Origin: a virus
Taxonomy: Duplodnaviria; Caudoviricetes
Reading direction: 5' to 3' (one strand)
IMG/VR virus record: IMGVR_UViG_3300031578_000021
Location: 1,060-65,059 of that record
Length of the DNA stretch: 64,000 bases
Positions within the stretch are counted from its first letter, which is position 1. Each line of letters starts with the position of its first letter. A model generated the notes under the pieces. It did no database searches. It saw nothing but the letters and a program-made list of their open reading frames with translations, and had not been told where the DNA came from. Below, in pieces: positions 8,493 to 20,568 of the stretch. The translations under genes were made by a program, and so were the position numbers.

Positions 8493-8798
8493 ATGGCTGG
8501 CTCTGCCCCCTGCCCTAAGTGTGGACATCTAGAAAGTCAAACCCGCACAACATCTCTCAGGACCGGCGGGGTTAGGTGGAGATATCGGGAATGCCTTAAT
8601 TGCAAACATAAGTTTGTAACGGTAGAGGTTCCAAGGGAAGAATATAAAAAACTTGTCGTCTATCGTAGAATTTACCAGCACCTTCAAAGCGTATTCAACC
8701 TAAGTGTAATAGATGTTGATAAATTGCTAAGAGAAGAAGATAGGCCCCTTTTTGGCTACAAGGGTGGACGTAGAAGGAAACCTAGAGTTATTGGATAA
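8493..8798 (+). CDS. zinc-ribbon protein (NrdR N-terminal-like)
   Basis: CPKCG....T.S......R.RECLNCKHKFVTVE. Confidence 0.7.
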   Translation: MAGSAPCPKCGHLESQTRTTSLRTGGVRWRYRECLNCKHKFVTVEVPREEYKKLVVYRRIYQHLQSVFNLSVIDVDKLLREEDRPLFGYKGGRRRKPRVIG

Positions 8799-9198
8799 AG
8801 GAATGCACTATGGCAAAGATGGCATTAAGTCTGACCGGAAAACCAATTAAGAAGAGGGCGAAAAAGGAACCAAGTGGGATTGAAAAGGGGATTTTAGTTA
8901 TTCTTGGGGTTTTCTTGGTATTCGTAGTGGTATTTATTTTCTTGGTTGGGGGAGGGTGAGATGGCGGTAGGCATTCATACCATTCAAACCAGGATAACTT
9001 TAAAGTTTGATTGCATAGTCTATACGCAAAGCCGCAAAAGACTGGACGAAGATGCCATAAAGGACAGGGTAATTCCCATCCTAATACCAAAGATTAAACA
9101 AGTTGAAGATGAGATTGCTGGGCTACGTTTTAAGGAATATGACTGGCATTTTAAATCGGTCCCATTTATGAAGCGCTGGTTTTCTGGAAAGGGGAAGA

Positions 9199-10794
9199 AT
9201 GATGGCTGAGATGAACCGCGAGCGGCTTGACGAACTCAAAGACGAAATGGAAACCCTGTCGGCTCTTGGATATGGAAATTCTAGGCAGGTGAGCAACACC
9301 GCCGACCTTCTCGCTCTGGTCGAGGAACTGGCGGGGGCGCTCAAGAACTCTATGGGCTACCTCGACACGCCAATCGGTCGACGGAAACTTGGAATCAGTC
9401 CTAATGCCGGATGGCTCGTAAACAATCGTGTTCTGCTCTCCCGCCTGGATGCCCGCCATGGATAAGCCCGAATGGACGGACGCCGAGGTCGAGCGCGTGG
9501 CTAGGGAATTATACGAAGTTCGGCATATCGAGGATGGTCTCCGGTGGGAAGATTTGTCCGAGTACGAAAAGCAGGAACAGATTGTCGAAACGGGCCACGC
9601 TCTCTCCGCCGTCCCGCGTGCCCCTGCCGGGTGCTGGATCGCGCCGGATGTTCTCCCGTCGATGTTTGTCCTTGGAATGGAACACAACGATCCGAAGAAG
9701 GCCGCATGGTTTGTTGAAATGTACACCGAGTTTCGGGACGCATTCAATCGTATGCGCGACGCCTACAGGGGGAAATCATGAGCGAGTTGAGCGACGGGCT
9801 GCGCAGACTCTCGGCTTGGATGAAGGACCGCGATCTTGATATGCAAGCCCCGAAGGGGATCGACGACCCAGAAGACGCCGCCGACGCCCTGGACGCCAAC
9901 GAACGCGAGATAGCCCTGTTGAAACGGCGAGAATATGCTTACGAGAAGATGGCTGACCACGCCATGGCGCTGGACGCGGAGATAGCCAACCTGATCGCCG
10001 AGCGGGACGAAGCACGGGATGACGCATCCAATATGCGCGGCGATAGATTCGACCTTGGAGAAGAGGTAATGAAACTGACCGCAGAGCGCGACGCGGCCTG
10101 GAACGAGGCGATCGAGGCGGCTGCTAAAGCTTGTGAAGCCTTAGACCACCCCAGGGATTATGCTGATGAATTTGCTTTTTACGTTCGGGAATTGAAGCGA
10201 TGATCCTCAAAATGGGCTGTGCCTTTTGCGGCGCCCACTTAACAGAAAAAAGTATCCACGTATGGGACGTTGACAATTCTGACCAATGCGAAAATGGCAG
10301 GTTTGAGCCTCCAACATATTCTATCTCAATCATATGCCCCTCCTGTAAGAAAGAGTTGTATAGGAAAGAGCAAGCATATACAGAATATTCTGCTCCACGG
10401 TATAGGGAATAGTTAGATGAAAAACCTTATCGCAAAACTTGAGGCAGCGTCTAAGGGTAGTAGGGAGTTGGACTGTGACATCTTCTGTGCAACAGCGCCC
10501 AGTCCCTTTGAAAGTCACTATCCAGATTGCGTTCTTGCCGTGTTGGGGGGATTTGTGGCCCGCGTTGAGATAGACGAAATACCCAACTTTACCATCAGCC
10601 TTGACGCGGCCCTGACGCTGGTGCCGGAAGGGTGGATTTTGGACTCGCTGTCCGATGATGCTACGGGAAGCGTTGGGTCAATGAAAGCGTTTGGCGCTAC
10701 CTGTGAAGTGACAAATGGGGAACTTGGATTGCAGGGGCAGGCCGTGTCAAGAGCGCTCGCCCTCTGTATCGCAGCCCTAAAGACGAGGCTCTAA
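9199..10794 (+). other. cluster of higher-GC small hypothetical genes
   Basis: ORFs 9199-9465, 9458-9781, 9778-10203 and 10417-10794 look more GC-rich than their flanks. Confidence 0.55.
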
Positions 10795-11064
10795 TGCTAA
10801 TCCCCCGCTATCCATTCACCCTTGCTCAACCCTCATCCGAAAAATGCGCGGTATGTCATTCCCCAACCCGCAAAGCCATTCTAGCCCAAAGTGAGCTTTT
10901 CTCAAACATCCAATTCCCAATCTGCAATTGGTGCCTAGATATGCGAGCGGAGCCGGAAGGAATAGTGATAGCGGCTAGGGTAAAAAAAGTTGAAATCAAG
11001 GCAGAACTTATGACATTTTATCGCAATCAATACGTAAATGCCACGAAACTATAGGAGACGTATT

Positions 11065-11463
11065 ATGGGATTAGATACAACTCACGATGCCTTTAATGGA
11101 GCATACTCTTCCTTTAACCGTTTTCGGCAAATTATAGCAAAGGCTATGGGTGGCTCATATCCTCCGCACGAAGACAGAAGGTTTCCCGACGATCTGTTTT
11201 ATTGGGGGGATGCTTATTCGGCCGAATCCCATCCCGGGCTTTATATATTCCTAACTCATTCCGATTGTGATGGAGAGATTTCTGCAAAGGGGTGTAAACT
11301 TGTAGCGGACGACCTTGAAAAACTCCTTCCAAAAATAGAAGCCTTGGGGGGTGACGTTATCGGGCATTTGGCCAGAGTTGGAACTTATGCTGACGTAACA
11401 AGAAAGTTTATAGCTGGCTGTAGACTAGCATATGAAAACAATGAGCCTTTAGAATTTTTATAG
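11065..11463 (+). CDS. conserved phage hypothetical protein
   Basis: MGLD....F.GAYSSF.RFR and HSDCDGEI motifs common in phage hypotheticals. Confidence 0.6.
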   Translation: MGLDTTHDAFNGAYSSFNRFRQIIAKAMGGSYPPHEDRRFPDDLFYWGDAYSAESHPGLYIFLTHSDCDGEISAKGCKLVADDLEKLLPKIEALGGDVIGHLARVGTYADVTRKFIAGCRLAYENNEPLEFL

Positions 11464-11473
11464 GAGTTAAGCT

Positions 11474-11737
11474 ATGAAACCCGAAATCCTAACCGAGCTT
11501 AACGACGGTAAAATCTTCAGTGCAACCTTCATCAAACGCACAACGGGAGAAGAGCGTAGGATGCTTGCCCGCAGGGGTGTAGCACCTAAAAATGAGACTA
11601 AGGGCCGTGCTTGGACTGATGAGGATAAGAACGTCTTCACCGTCTGGGATATGGAAAAGGGAGCTTATAGGTGCATTCCGCTGGAAGGAGTTGTGAGGAT
11701 TAAAGCGCATGGAAAGGTTATTTTTAAGAAGGACTAA
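11474..11737 (+). CDS. small SH3/WYL-like beta-barrel protein
   Basis: F.KR.TGE.R.M, VWDMEK..YRCI pattern. Confidence 0.55.
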   Translation: MKPEILTELNDGKIFSATFIKRTTGEERRMLARRGVAPKNETKGRAWTDEDKNVFTVWDMEKGAYRCIPLEGVVRIKAHGKVIFKKD

Positions 11738-11739
11738 TG

Positions 11740-14654
11740 CCATGTTGTTGCCTGGAAAGAAGATCGACCTGCCAGACGACCGTCATGTTGCCTTGCTCCC
11801 CTACGACGATGGCTCTTGGATGCTTGAGTTTCGTACAGGGAAGACCTTTACCAGAACTCGAATTAGCGATGAGGCAAAGAACGCCCTTGAGTGCTTGATG
11901 CTTGGAACTGATACGTCAATCTTGCGTTATGAGTTTACAACAGTAGATGGCGACCCAGTTTGGCGGTTGGTTTCCTCAAAATGAATGCCATAAAGTTAGG
12001 ATAAATTAGATGTCAGCATTCTCCGACTACGTAACAAGCACCGCCTTTCATCTCCATCTATCCAAAAACCAATGTACTATCTTGTGCTTGGTTGCGGAGG
12101 GAAACTTGAATAGACTTTACGCCAAAGGTTGGGCAGTTCCAGCCCTTAGAAATTTGCGTGATAAAGGCTTAGTGAGCCATCACTATATTCCGCCACAAGA
12201 GGCACCAGAGGGACATATTTATCATACCATTACACGAGAGGGCGCTCTTGTTTACGAGCTTCTTAAAATGGCTGGTATTGCGAATAAGTTAGTGGAGGAC
12301 GCAGCATGATTTTCCTTATCCTAATCTATCTGTTTTTGGGCGTTTGTTTGGCTATCCCCCTTCTATACCTCTTTCGTTGGGCACTCTATATCTATATCCC
12401 AGATAGAACACCTTACGTGGAGTATAAAGACTTCTCTATCCTTATCGGCTTTGCATTGCTTTGGCCTTTTATGTTGCTTTTGACCGTCTTGGGGGGAATA
12501 GACGCAGGAGTTTCTTCCCTCAACAGGCACCTTGCAAATAAACTTCCAGACAAAGTAATCCTCGGTAAGAAAAAGTGAAAACCGAACACATAATGCGAAC
12601 GTTATCAGGAAAGCCCTTAACAACCCTTATCCCAGACCATGACTATAATTATACGATCGAAGGAATTTACTCCGGGTTTCATTCGGAGGAAGGGGACTAT
12701 CAAATTAGGCTTTATATTACAATAGATGATGAGGGTATAAATGACGAAAAATGCTCGAACGTTCGCTGAATACCCCGAAGGGTATTTTAAAATACTTGAC
12801 CACTTTGCTGCGACGGGGCAGCGGCTCGAAGTCCCGGGGAATCGACGGGAAATCTTCTCCCTTCGACGAGACCTCTATCGTTTCTTCCGTACCTTAAATG
12901 AGGCTTACACTACCGACCCATACGCCGCGAGTCTATCCGACGCAGCAAAGGAGGTTATCCTCCGCATCGAGCCAAGTAAGGGCGACCCAACCACCCCCTC
13001 CAAACTCATTGTCGAGAAAAGATTAACCATAGACATTAATTTGTTTGATGATAATGTCGAAACTTCAACTGATGGAGAACAAGATGGGGAGCCCAATGTC
13101 TGATGAAAAACAATTCGATCCAATCCAAGACCTTCTGGATGAAGTTACAGATAAGCAACAGGAGGACGCCCATTGGGAGGCGGTCAAGAATAAGACTCGA
13201 GACGATAGCCGGATTGTGCATCTTGATCTTCATCCAGATGCTTTAGTACTTATCACACTCGTCGCGAGATGTCGGGGCTGTGGAATGGAGTACGTTTACC
13301 CAAACAAACATCTTATGATCAGATACAATCATAATCTTCTTAAACACAAACCTAGTATAACAACTATTGGACTGCCAAGGGAGGTAAAGGAGATTAGGTA
13401 TGAGGTCGACTTTTGCGATAAATGTTTTGGTGTAGCAGATTTGCTAGGAGAGGAAGATGAAACTAGTTCTGGAAATTGATACTAATACAAAAGAGGCCAC
13501 ACTTTATAAGGAGGGTAAAGTCTATTATAGGTTACAGCACTCCGATCTTAAAGTAAATAGTGAAATTTCTGAGTACATGCACAGTACTACAAATACCCGT
13601 CTAAAAAATATTGTAACCGTAACCCTTACTGGAATGGAGTTTCTTGATGCACTATAACTTCTCATCTCCAGATGGTCGTAAATGCCAGGGCGCAAACCCG
13701 CTCAAAAAGCTTCATCGCATCGCTATGCAGAAAGCTGGGAAGGGCGGGGAACCTACAGGCCACCCGACTAAAAAGAGAACTAAGTATCGCGTAAAATATT
13801 GGGAAGGAGCCGATCGAGTTAAGAAAGCCAAGGCTAAGATTAGGTATGAGAATTTGATCATGGAACTTTATGAGAGGGCGCAATAATGCCAAATGATTCT
13901 GCGAAGATCTACCTCAATGTAATTGATCGGCTTGAGCCTGAATTGACTTGTGTTGATAAAGACGCCTCTTTAGCCTCCATTGCGATCAGCCTAAAGCGTC
14001 TAGCGGATACGCTGGAAGAGCTGCTCGTTATGGTAAAGGGCCTAGATTAATGGCTTGGCTTTATTGTAGTGCTTGTAACGCAGAGTTGTCTACCCCTACC
14101 ACAAAAGAGATTGGGGATCAAATACAAGTATGTCCAAAATGTGGCAATACGGAGGACCCAAGATATTCTGTTGGAGAACTTCTTCAAGAGTTTGAAAATA
14201 GAATTAAAGCCCTTGAGGATTCTCTTACAAAAGTTGAAAGATATTAATGACTATTTGGCATGATCGGGACGCCCTAGCCGCACGGCAACGCCTAGCGCGG
14301 GAAGCGTGGGAACGGGCGGCTACGCTAGGGGATGGTTGGGCTAGGCGTAGGTACTACCATGACGCCATGCCCTACCACGGACCACGCGGCGGGACCGTGC
14401 TAACGGTTGCCGTTCGGTGGTGTCCCGGCCTATCCCAATACTACGTAGCTACGCCCTACGCCCGCACCCTTGTCCCGACCATGGCCGACGTTGACGAGAT
14501 ACTAAGGATGGAGTCGGAACATCCCGGATGGCTGGAAGAAATGTTGACGGGGAAGAATTCGGTTAAGGAACTAGATCAAGCCTATGAACAAGCCAGGAAA
14601 AAGTATAAGCCTAGTGATGTAAGAGATGCTGATGCAATTTTGGATATGTTTTGA
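11740..14654 (+). other. run of ~10 hypothetical genes
   Basis: Coupled ORFs, one with two TM helices (12306-12578). Confidence 0.55.
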
Positions 14655-14663
14655 GGAAACAAA

Positions 14664-15854
14664 ATGATCATCTTCCAAAACCCAGGTGAGATCGATGTTC
14701 GCGCAATTAAAATTCTTGGCATCAACTCAAAGGAGTGTGAAAGCCCAATCGGTTTTTTCGGAACCGGGCTTAAGTATGCAATCTCAGTCCTTCTTCGAGA
14801 AAACCAAGAAATTGAAATCTTCAGCGGGCTTGAACAATTTACCTTCTCCAAGAAACACGTTTCTATTCGTGGAGTTGAGGTCGATATCGTTTGCATGAAT
14901 GGGGAGGAGCTTGGCTTTACTACTTCTCTTGGAAAGAAGTGGGAGCTTTGGATGGCTTATAGGGAATTGTATTCTAATACGATGGATGAAGGGGGGGTTG
15001 TATATGAGTCATTCGAAGAAACTCCCCCAAGCGTCGGAAGCACTTTAATTAGCGTTGATGGTAATGCTTTTTCTGGAATCTATCGGGATAGGCATAAATT
15101 CATCATTGATGATGAGCATTACCCCGTCCTATTCAAAGGTAAGGGGGTAGAAATCCGCGGAGGAGGCTCTACTAATATTTTCTATAGGGGAATTAATATA
15201 GGCTCGTGCGGCAGAGCTTCTTCTATCTATACCTATAATATAACCAATGCGGTTGAACTGACTGAAGATAGGAAATATTCCAATCAATGGGCTATTATAT
15301 TTGATATCCAGCGCACGATGGATGAGCTTGACGACGAGGAGCTTATTGAAAATATTCTAACGGCAAAAGGAGATACGTTTGAGACTACTTTTGATTTTGC
15401 TTATGCAGGACTTACTAAAGCGAATAGTAAAGCCGTTGAGGTAACTAGGAAGCTTTGCGAAACTAGGGTCCAGGATGTAAATGAGTCTGCCATCATACAA
15501 GTATCGAAGCTTACGTCTAGGGTAGAATATAAAGAATTTGTTCTTGGACAGATTGAGGAAATTCAACTTAAAAAAGCCCTATCCTTTTGTCAAAACCTTA
15601 AGCTTGAGGTTGATATTGGGGATCTTATGTTTATTGAGTCCTTTGATGGGCATATTTATGGTGCATATCATAGGGGGAAGATCTTTCTAACCAGAAAGAC
15701 TTTTGAGGCTGGAACTAAGCAATTGGTTATGACACTGATCGAAGAGCGGGCACATATGCTCTTTGGCCTTGATGATTGTACGCGAGGGATGCAAGAATAT
15801 TTTCTTAATCTAGCGATTACGCTTGGGGAAAGACTGCAAGGAGAACCACTTTGA
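14664..15854 (+). CDS. GHKL (HSP90/rIIA-like) ATPase-domain protein
   Basis: N.G, SK.....IGFFGTGLKYA and RELYSN..DEGG motifs; C-terminal EERAH. Confidence 0.7.
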   Translation: MIIFQNPGEIDVRAIKILGINSKECESPIGFFGTGLKYAISVLLRENQEIEIFSGLEQFTFSKKHVSIRGVEVDIVCMNGEELGFTTSLGKKWELWMAYRELYSNTMDEGGVVYESFEETPPSVGSTLISVDGNAFSGIYRDRHKFIIDDEHYPVLFKGKGVEIRGGGSTNIFYRGINIGSCGRASSIYTYNITNAVELTEDRKYSNQWAIIFDIQRTMDELDDEELIENILTAKGDTFETTFDFAYAGLTKANSKAVEVTRKLCETRVQDVNESAIIQVSKLTSRVEYKEFVLGQIEEIQLKKALSFCQNLKLEVDIGDLMFIESFDGHIYGAYHRGKIFLTRKTFEAGTKQLVMTLIEERAHMLFGLDDCTRGMQEYFLNLAITLGERLQGEPL

Positions 15855-16459
15855 CCAAAGAGGATAATATTATATCCGGCCCATGGGAAGAACTGGAAGA
15901 GGAAATGCCAGACAATCTTGTGCCTGTTACCTTAGCGAGTAAATTTGTAACCTACGCCTATTGGTTGGGGATTATAATGGGCTTTCTTATTGGCTTTAAA
16001 TGGGGGGCAGGGCTATGAATACTAAAGCGAATACATATAAATCCATTATGGAAGAGCTAAAAGCTACTCTTCCTATTGGCAGCTGTATGGATGGTTGCGC
16101 CTGTAAACAGGTAGATAATCAATGGTTTGCAGTTTTACGTAGGTCTATGGGGGCTGATAGTTTTATTGAGACCCTTTTGGTAACTGATACACAATCCATG
16201 ATGGAAAGGCTTATTAGCATTTATCGGAGGAAAGAGCGGTGAAAAAACGCAAAGTCGAATATTATCTCGTCAGGCTCGTCCGCCCCGGTGGAGCATCTTA
16301 CGCCGACATAGAAGATCATATCCACCTAAATGTACTCTCTGGCTGTGGAACATTATCTCCAGAAAACCCAATGTTCCATCTAGACCGCAGTTCAGTTAGC
16401 GTCCGCCGTGCAACTAAGCATAGGCTTATCCAGACCTCCGATGAAGAAGGGTTTTAAAA

Positions 16460-16708
16460 ATGGCTAAGACGACGGAAGACAGGGTTATTCAAGTTATCGT
16501 TGAGTCCCTCGCGGTTGATGGGGATAAGGTAAAGGTTAACTCCACCTTTGACGAGCTTGGGGCGGATAGTCTTGATAAAATCGAGATTGCTATGGACCTT
16601 GAGGCGGAGTTTAATGTTCCCATTGATGGGGAGGATTGGAAATTAAACTCCTTGAATACTGTGCAAGATGTTGTTATACTTGTTGATAAACTTTTGGGGA
16701 AGATCTAA
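16460..16708 (+). CDS. acpP: acyl carrier protein
   Basis: Acidic 82-aa protein with LGADSLD phosphopantetheine site, LE.EF...I, TVQD. Confidence 0.9.
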   Translation: MAKTTEDRVIQVIVESLAVDGDKVKVNSTFDELGADSLDKIEIAMDLEAEFNVPIDGEDWKLNSLNTVQDVVILVDKLLGKI

Positions 16709-17187
16709 TGCTTATTACCGTAAATCGTTTCGTCTCTGATGGCAACTCCACCCTCAGTCTAGTCTCTATCGATGGAGTCTTCAACTGCTTTGGCCTTGAG
16801 GATGAATATCGAGTCGTCAAAGTGGCGGGGGAGACTCGTATCCCTGCGGGTACTTACAAGGTTGGACTTAAGAAAGTAGGTCCAACTCATGCCAAGTATC
16901 AAAACCGCTTTCCTAACATTCATAAAGGGATGCTGCATATTCTAGACGTTCCTGACTTTACAGATATCCTTATCCATATTGGGAATACCGAGGTGGATAC
17001 GGCTGGCTGTTTGCTTGTTGGATGGAGTGCGGGGGCAGAAAAGTTTAGAATGAGCATTGGCAAGAGCGCATTGGCGTATAGTGAGTTTTACTCCAAGGTA
17101 GTTGATGCGGCAGGAGACGGAACGCTTAAGCTTGAAGTCATTGATGGAGATAGAAGTATGGTGTCCCAGGAAAGGACGAAGCCATGA
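16708..17187 (+). CDS. DUF5675-like protein, putative endolysin
   Basis: LEDE.R..KV.GETRIPAGTY and ILIHIGN...DT.GCLLVG (His/Cys) motifs. Confidence 0.7.
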   Translation: MLITVNRFVSDGNSTLSLVSIDGVFNCFGLEDEYRVVKVAGETRIPAGTYKVGLKKVGPTHAKYQNRFPNIHKGMLHILDVPDFTDILIHIGNTEVDTAGCLLVGWSAGAEKFRMSIGKSALAYSEFYSKVVDAAGDGTLKLEVIDGDRSMVSQERTKP

Positions 17188-20100
17188 GCGGAAAGCGCGC
17201 CGACGTGGACAAGATGCGCACACTCGAAACACGATTGCGCGACGAAGGACGACACACTGATGCAGACGTCCTTTGGGACGCGTGGCATGACGTTCAGGCA
17301 ATGCGCTTCGAACTGTGTCGAGAGGCGTCCCCCTCGCGGACAAAGGAAGGTGCGTGATGTCGGAATTTAAAGACCCGCCGGAAATTTGGCTGGAGCCTGC
17401 CTGTGCCGTTGAAGATCGGGGCTGGTCCGAAACCGAGATTCAGGACTGCGAAGAAGAAGGGTGCGGGCTGCGGGCTCCTCGATACATCCTAGCGGATAAC
17501 GCTGAAGCCGAGATCGCGCGGCTGCGGCACCGCATCGAGCATATGGAGGCGGGTATCCGCCTCGCCCATGCCGCGAGCCGAGACCTTGAAGTTGACCGCC
17601 GTCTGATGATCGCCCTCGCGCAATCAAGTCCCAATAAGCCGTCCCGAGTGGGGAAGGGGATTGCGGCCGAACTGCCGGACCATGTTTTGGCAATTTGCAT
17701 CGCCTACGAAAGCGGGTTCGGGCACGCCAGCCGCGATCTGTGCAACCCGTACTCGCAGGGTTCCGATGCTTGGCACGCCTATGCCCACGGCAAGACCGAG
17801 GGCGAGAGTCGCAGCGAAGACCAGTCTTAGAAAGGAGCAAGCCATGGCCGCAAAGACGCCGCGCGAACTTGAAAGCCTACCGAACGGCTGGGACGGCTAC
17901 GACGGCATCCCGCCAATCCCCGGCACGCTGGACGCCGAAGTGGTGGCCGGTGTTGCCGAGTACGACGCAGCAATTGCGGAGATCGAGCGGCTGCGGACGG
18001 CGCTGACTGACATCGGGGCTGTATGTCGGTCTATTGCTGCGTCACGGGAAGCTATAATCGAGATGACCGACGCCGCGCTTGCGAAACCTTGTGTCGATAA
18101 GCCGTCCCGAGTGGGGGATGGGATTGCGGCCGGGCTGGCCGCCGACGAACAGCACGCGCTGGGCCAGGAACTTCGCGAAGCCGGGCGGGTGCCCGTGGAC
18201 GGCGCGACCAAGAAACCGATTATCGATTAGGAGGGACGAGAATGTCAGAGCAGATGTCAGTCATCATCAATCTGAGCCGTGAAAAAATGGATCAGATTGA
18301 CAAGCGCGCCAAGGAACTCGGCGTTACTACCGGAGAAGTTGCGAGCGTGCTGTTAGAGAGCGGGGTTGGAGTTGACGCCCTGGATCGCGTCCGCTTCACG
18401 ACGCCGCGACTTGTCGTGGCTGAGTCTTAGAAAGGAGCCCACCATGGACGCGAAGGAAATTGCCCACAAGGTGTTGGCCGACTGGCTGTGCTGGGATGTC
18501 GGATCAATCATCCGGCGCGATGAGGCAGACGCATTGGAACGGCGCATCGTGATGGAGATCGAAAAGGCAGTGGCAGAGGACAAATCACAACTAAACTAGG
18601 TGACGCTATGGACAGAAAATCTATTGAAAAAACAGAGGTTTCCGAAACCTTCATCCAGGGGATGCGGGATCGGATGGTGGTTAGCTTTCATAAGTATGGG
18701 CCGGTGGCGGACGCCTACCCCGGCAAGGTAGACGCTATCGCCAGTCTGCAAGAGCGCATCAACCGATACAAAGAAACAGGTAACACGGAATGGCTTATGG
18801 ATGTCGGAAACTTCGCCATGATCGAGTTCATGTGCCCGCGCCACCCCTCCGCCCACTTCGAGGGGACGGATGCCGATGCGTCTCCCGGTCGGGTATCGCG
18901 CTCCGGGAAAAACGACCACCGGGAGAACCGTGTGGTTGGGTCGGCGCCAGGATCGCGCACGGCCGAATTTCTCTGACCGTTTGGGAGGGCTGACCAATGA
19001 GTTGCTGGACGAAACCGGAACTGGAAAACATGCTGGAGGATGTCGTCAACGAACTCGACCTATCCGACGACGCCATCGAAAAGCATGGCCCCCTCGGAAC
19101 ACCGCCGGCCGAACTTGTACGACTCGTTCTCGCGCAGAAGGACGCGCAGATACGAATGCTGCGGGCCGGGTTTGTCGACGCAGGCAAAGCGGCCGATTGA
19201 GGAGGGTGGGCTTGACACAGATTCCTGAGTACGAACGCGGGTATAGAGATGCGCTCCGTGCCGCAATTACAGCATTGCACCAAGAGGCGGCAACGATGAA
19301 TGAAGACCGCGCAAGGGGATTTTGGAACAGCGCCGCCTTTTTGGTGTCGTGTCTGCTGCGCGACCGGAAACATAGGGCCGTTTAGGAGGGCTGACCGTGC
19401 GCCAGCAATGGGGATCGCTAATCACGCGGCTCTACCGACTGATCCAGCGGCACCCCGACTGGTCAAACCGGCAACTTGCCGATGCGCTGAAAACGACGTT
19501 GCCTTATGTGCGCGCATCCAAGGCGCGGATGGCTAAGCCGGGGTGGCGCCAGCCATGTGTAGGTGAATAAAGGATATCCCATGACAGACTTGGAAAAAGC
19601 AAGACAAGCGGTCCGCTCACAACTTTGGAATGAGGAAAGCGGCGGCGCCAGATCAACGGCGGCAACGATTGCTGGTAACGCTGGCTTCACTGACTTGCTG
19701 CGCGAACGATACCCCGCTGAAACGAACCGGTGGGTTATCGCCGTGATTGTCGCACACCTGACGGAAGTTGGCTGAAAACGAGCGGAGATCGACCAAATGA
19801 AAGACGGATGGATTGCCGCAGAAATGAAGGAAACTCGGCGTCAGTTGGACGCCATGTCCCCGTGGAAGCGCGGTGTGATCGAAAGGGAAAATAGTAAAAT
19901 GAAGACCATCGCACAAATTGTCGTTCCTCCCGCCGTCGCGCCCTACATGGAGCGGCACGGCCAACGGGCTACGGAGGCAATCACTGCCTATCTCACCTCC
20001 TGCCCTACAGTGGACGAGAAGCTGGGGGCGCTTGGGGTGCTGGCGCAGGTACTCCTGCACATGGGCGATGCGATCCAGGCCATGCAACTCGCCAAGACGG

Positions 20101-20524
20101 CGGGCAGCGAACACTGGGAGCGAGGTAAGGCCATGGATTACAAGCTAAAGCCGGATGACTTCCCGCTGACCGCTCTTGGCAATGCCGTCTATCGCCGCAC
20201 CATGTCAAGCCCCTTGGCGACGTTCTCTGATGAGGCGCTGGCGGCCGACGTGGCGTTGCGACTGAACCGTGACGACCAAGTGTATGGCGAAACCGAGGCC
20301 GATTGAGGAGGGGTGCAGCCATGAAATATAGGGTCGTTAAGTCGGTTGATCTTGGGGAAGACGGCCCGCAAGTCGGCGAGACGTGGGCGGCTTGTGGGAA
20401 GTGTGATTACGGGCTTCGATCCGACCACGAGCGGATCACCGGGGAACCGCACATTAATCTAAGCCGCGACAGGGACTATCCGTTCTTCACCGTGCCCCAA
20501 TCTGCCGTCGTGGCCGTCGCGTAA
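17184..20524 (+). other. GC-rich island of small hypothetical genes with repeated junction sequences
   Basis: Visible GC increase; four pairs of 16-36-bp direct repeats. Confidence 0.65.
18608..18976 (+). CDS. putative all-alpha (MazG-like) NTP pyrophosphohydrolase; paralog of 34042-34353
   Basis: HKYG, Y..TGN.E.L.D..NFAM.EFM.P.HP.AH shared by both copies. Confidence 0.5.
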   Translation: MDRKSIEKTEVSETFIQGMRDRMVVSFHKYGPVADAYPGKVDAIASLQERINRYKETGNTEWLMDVGNFAMIEFMCPRHPSAHFEGTDADASPGRVSRSGKNDHRENRVVGSAPGSRTAEFL

Positions 20525-20568
20525 TCAGGAGCCCCACAGGGGCAAGGAGAAATTATGGGAGAAGCCGC

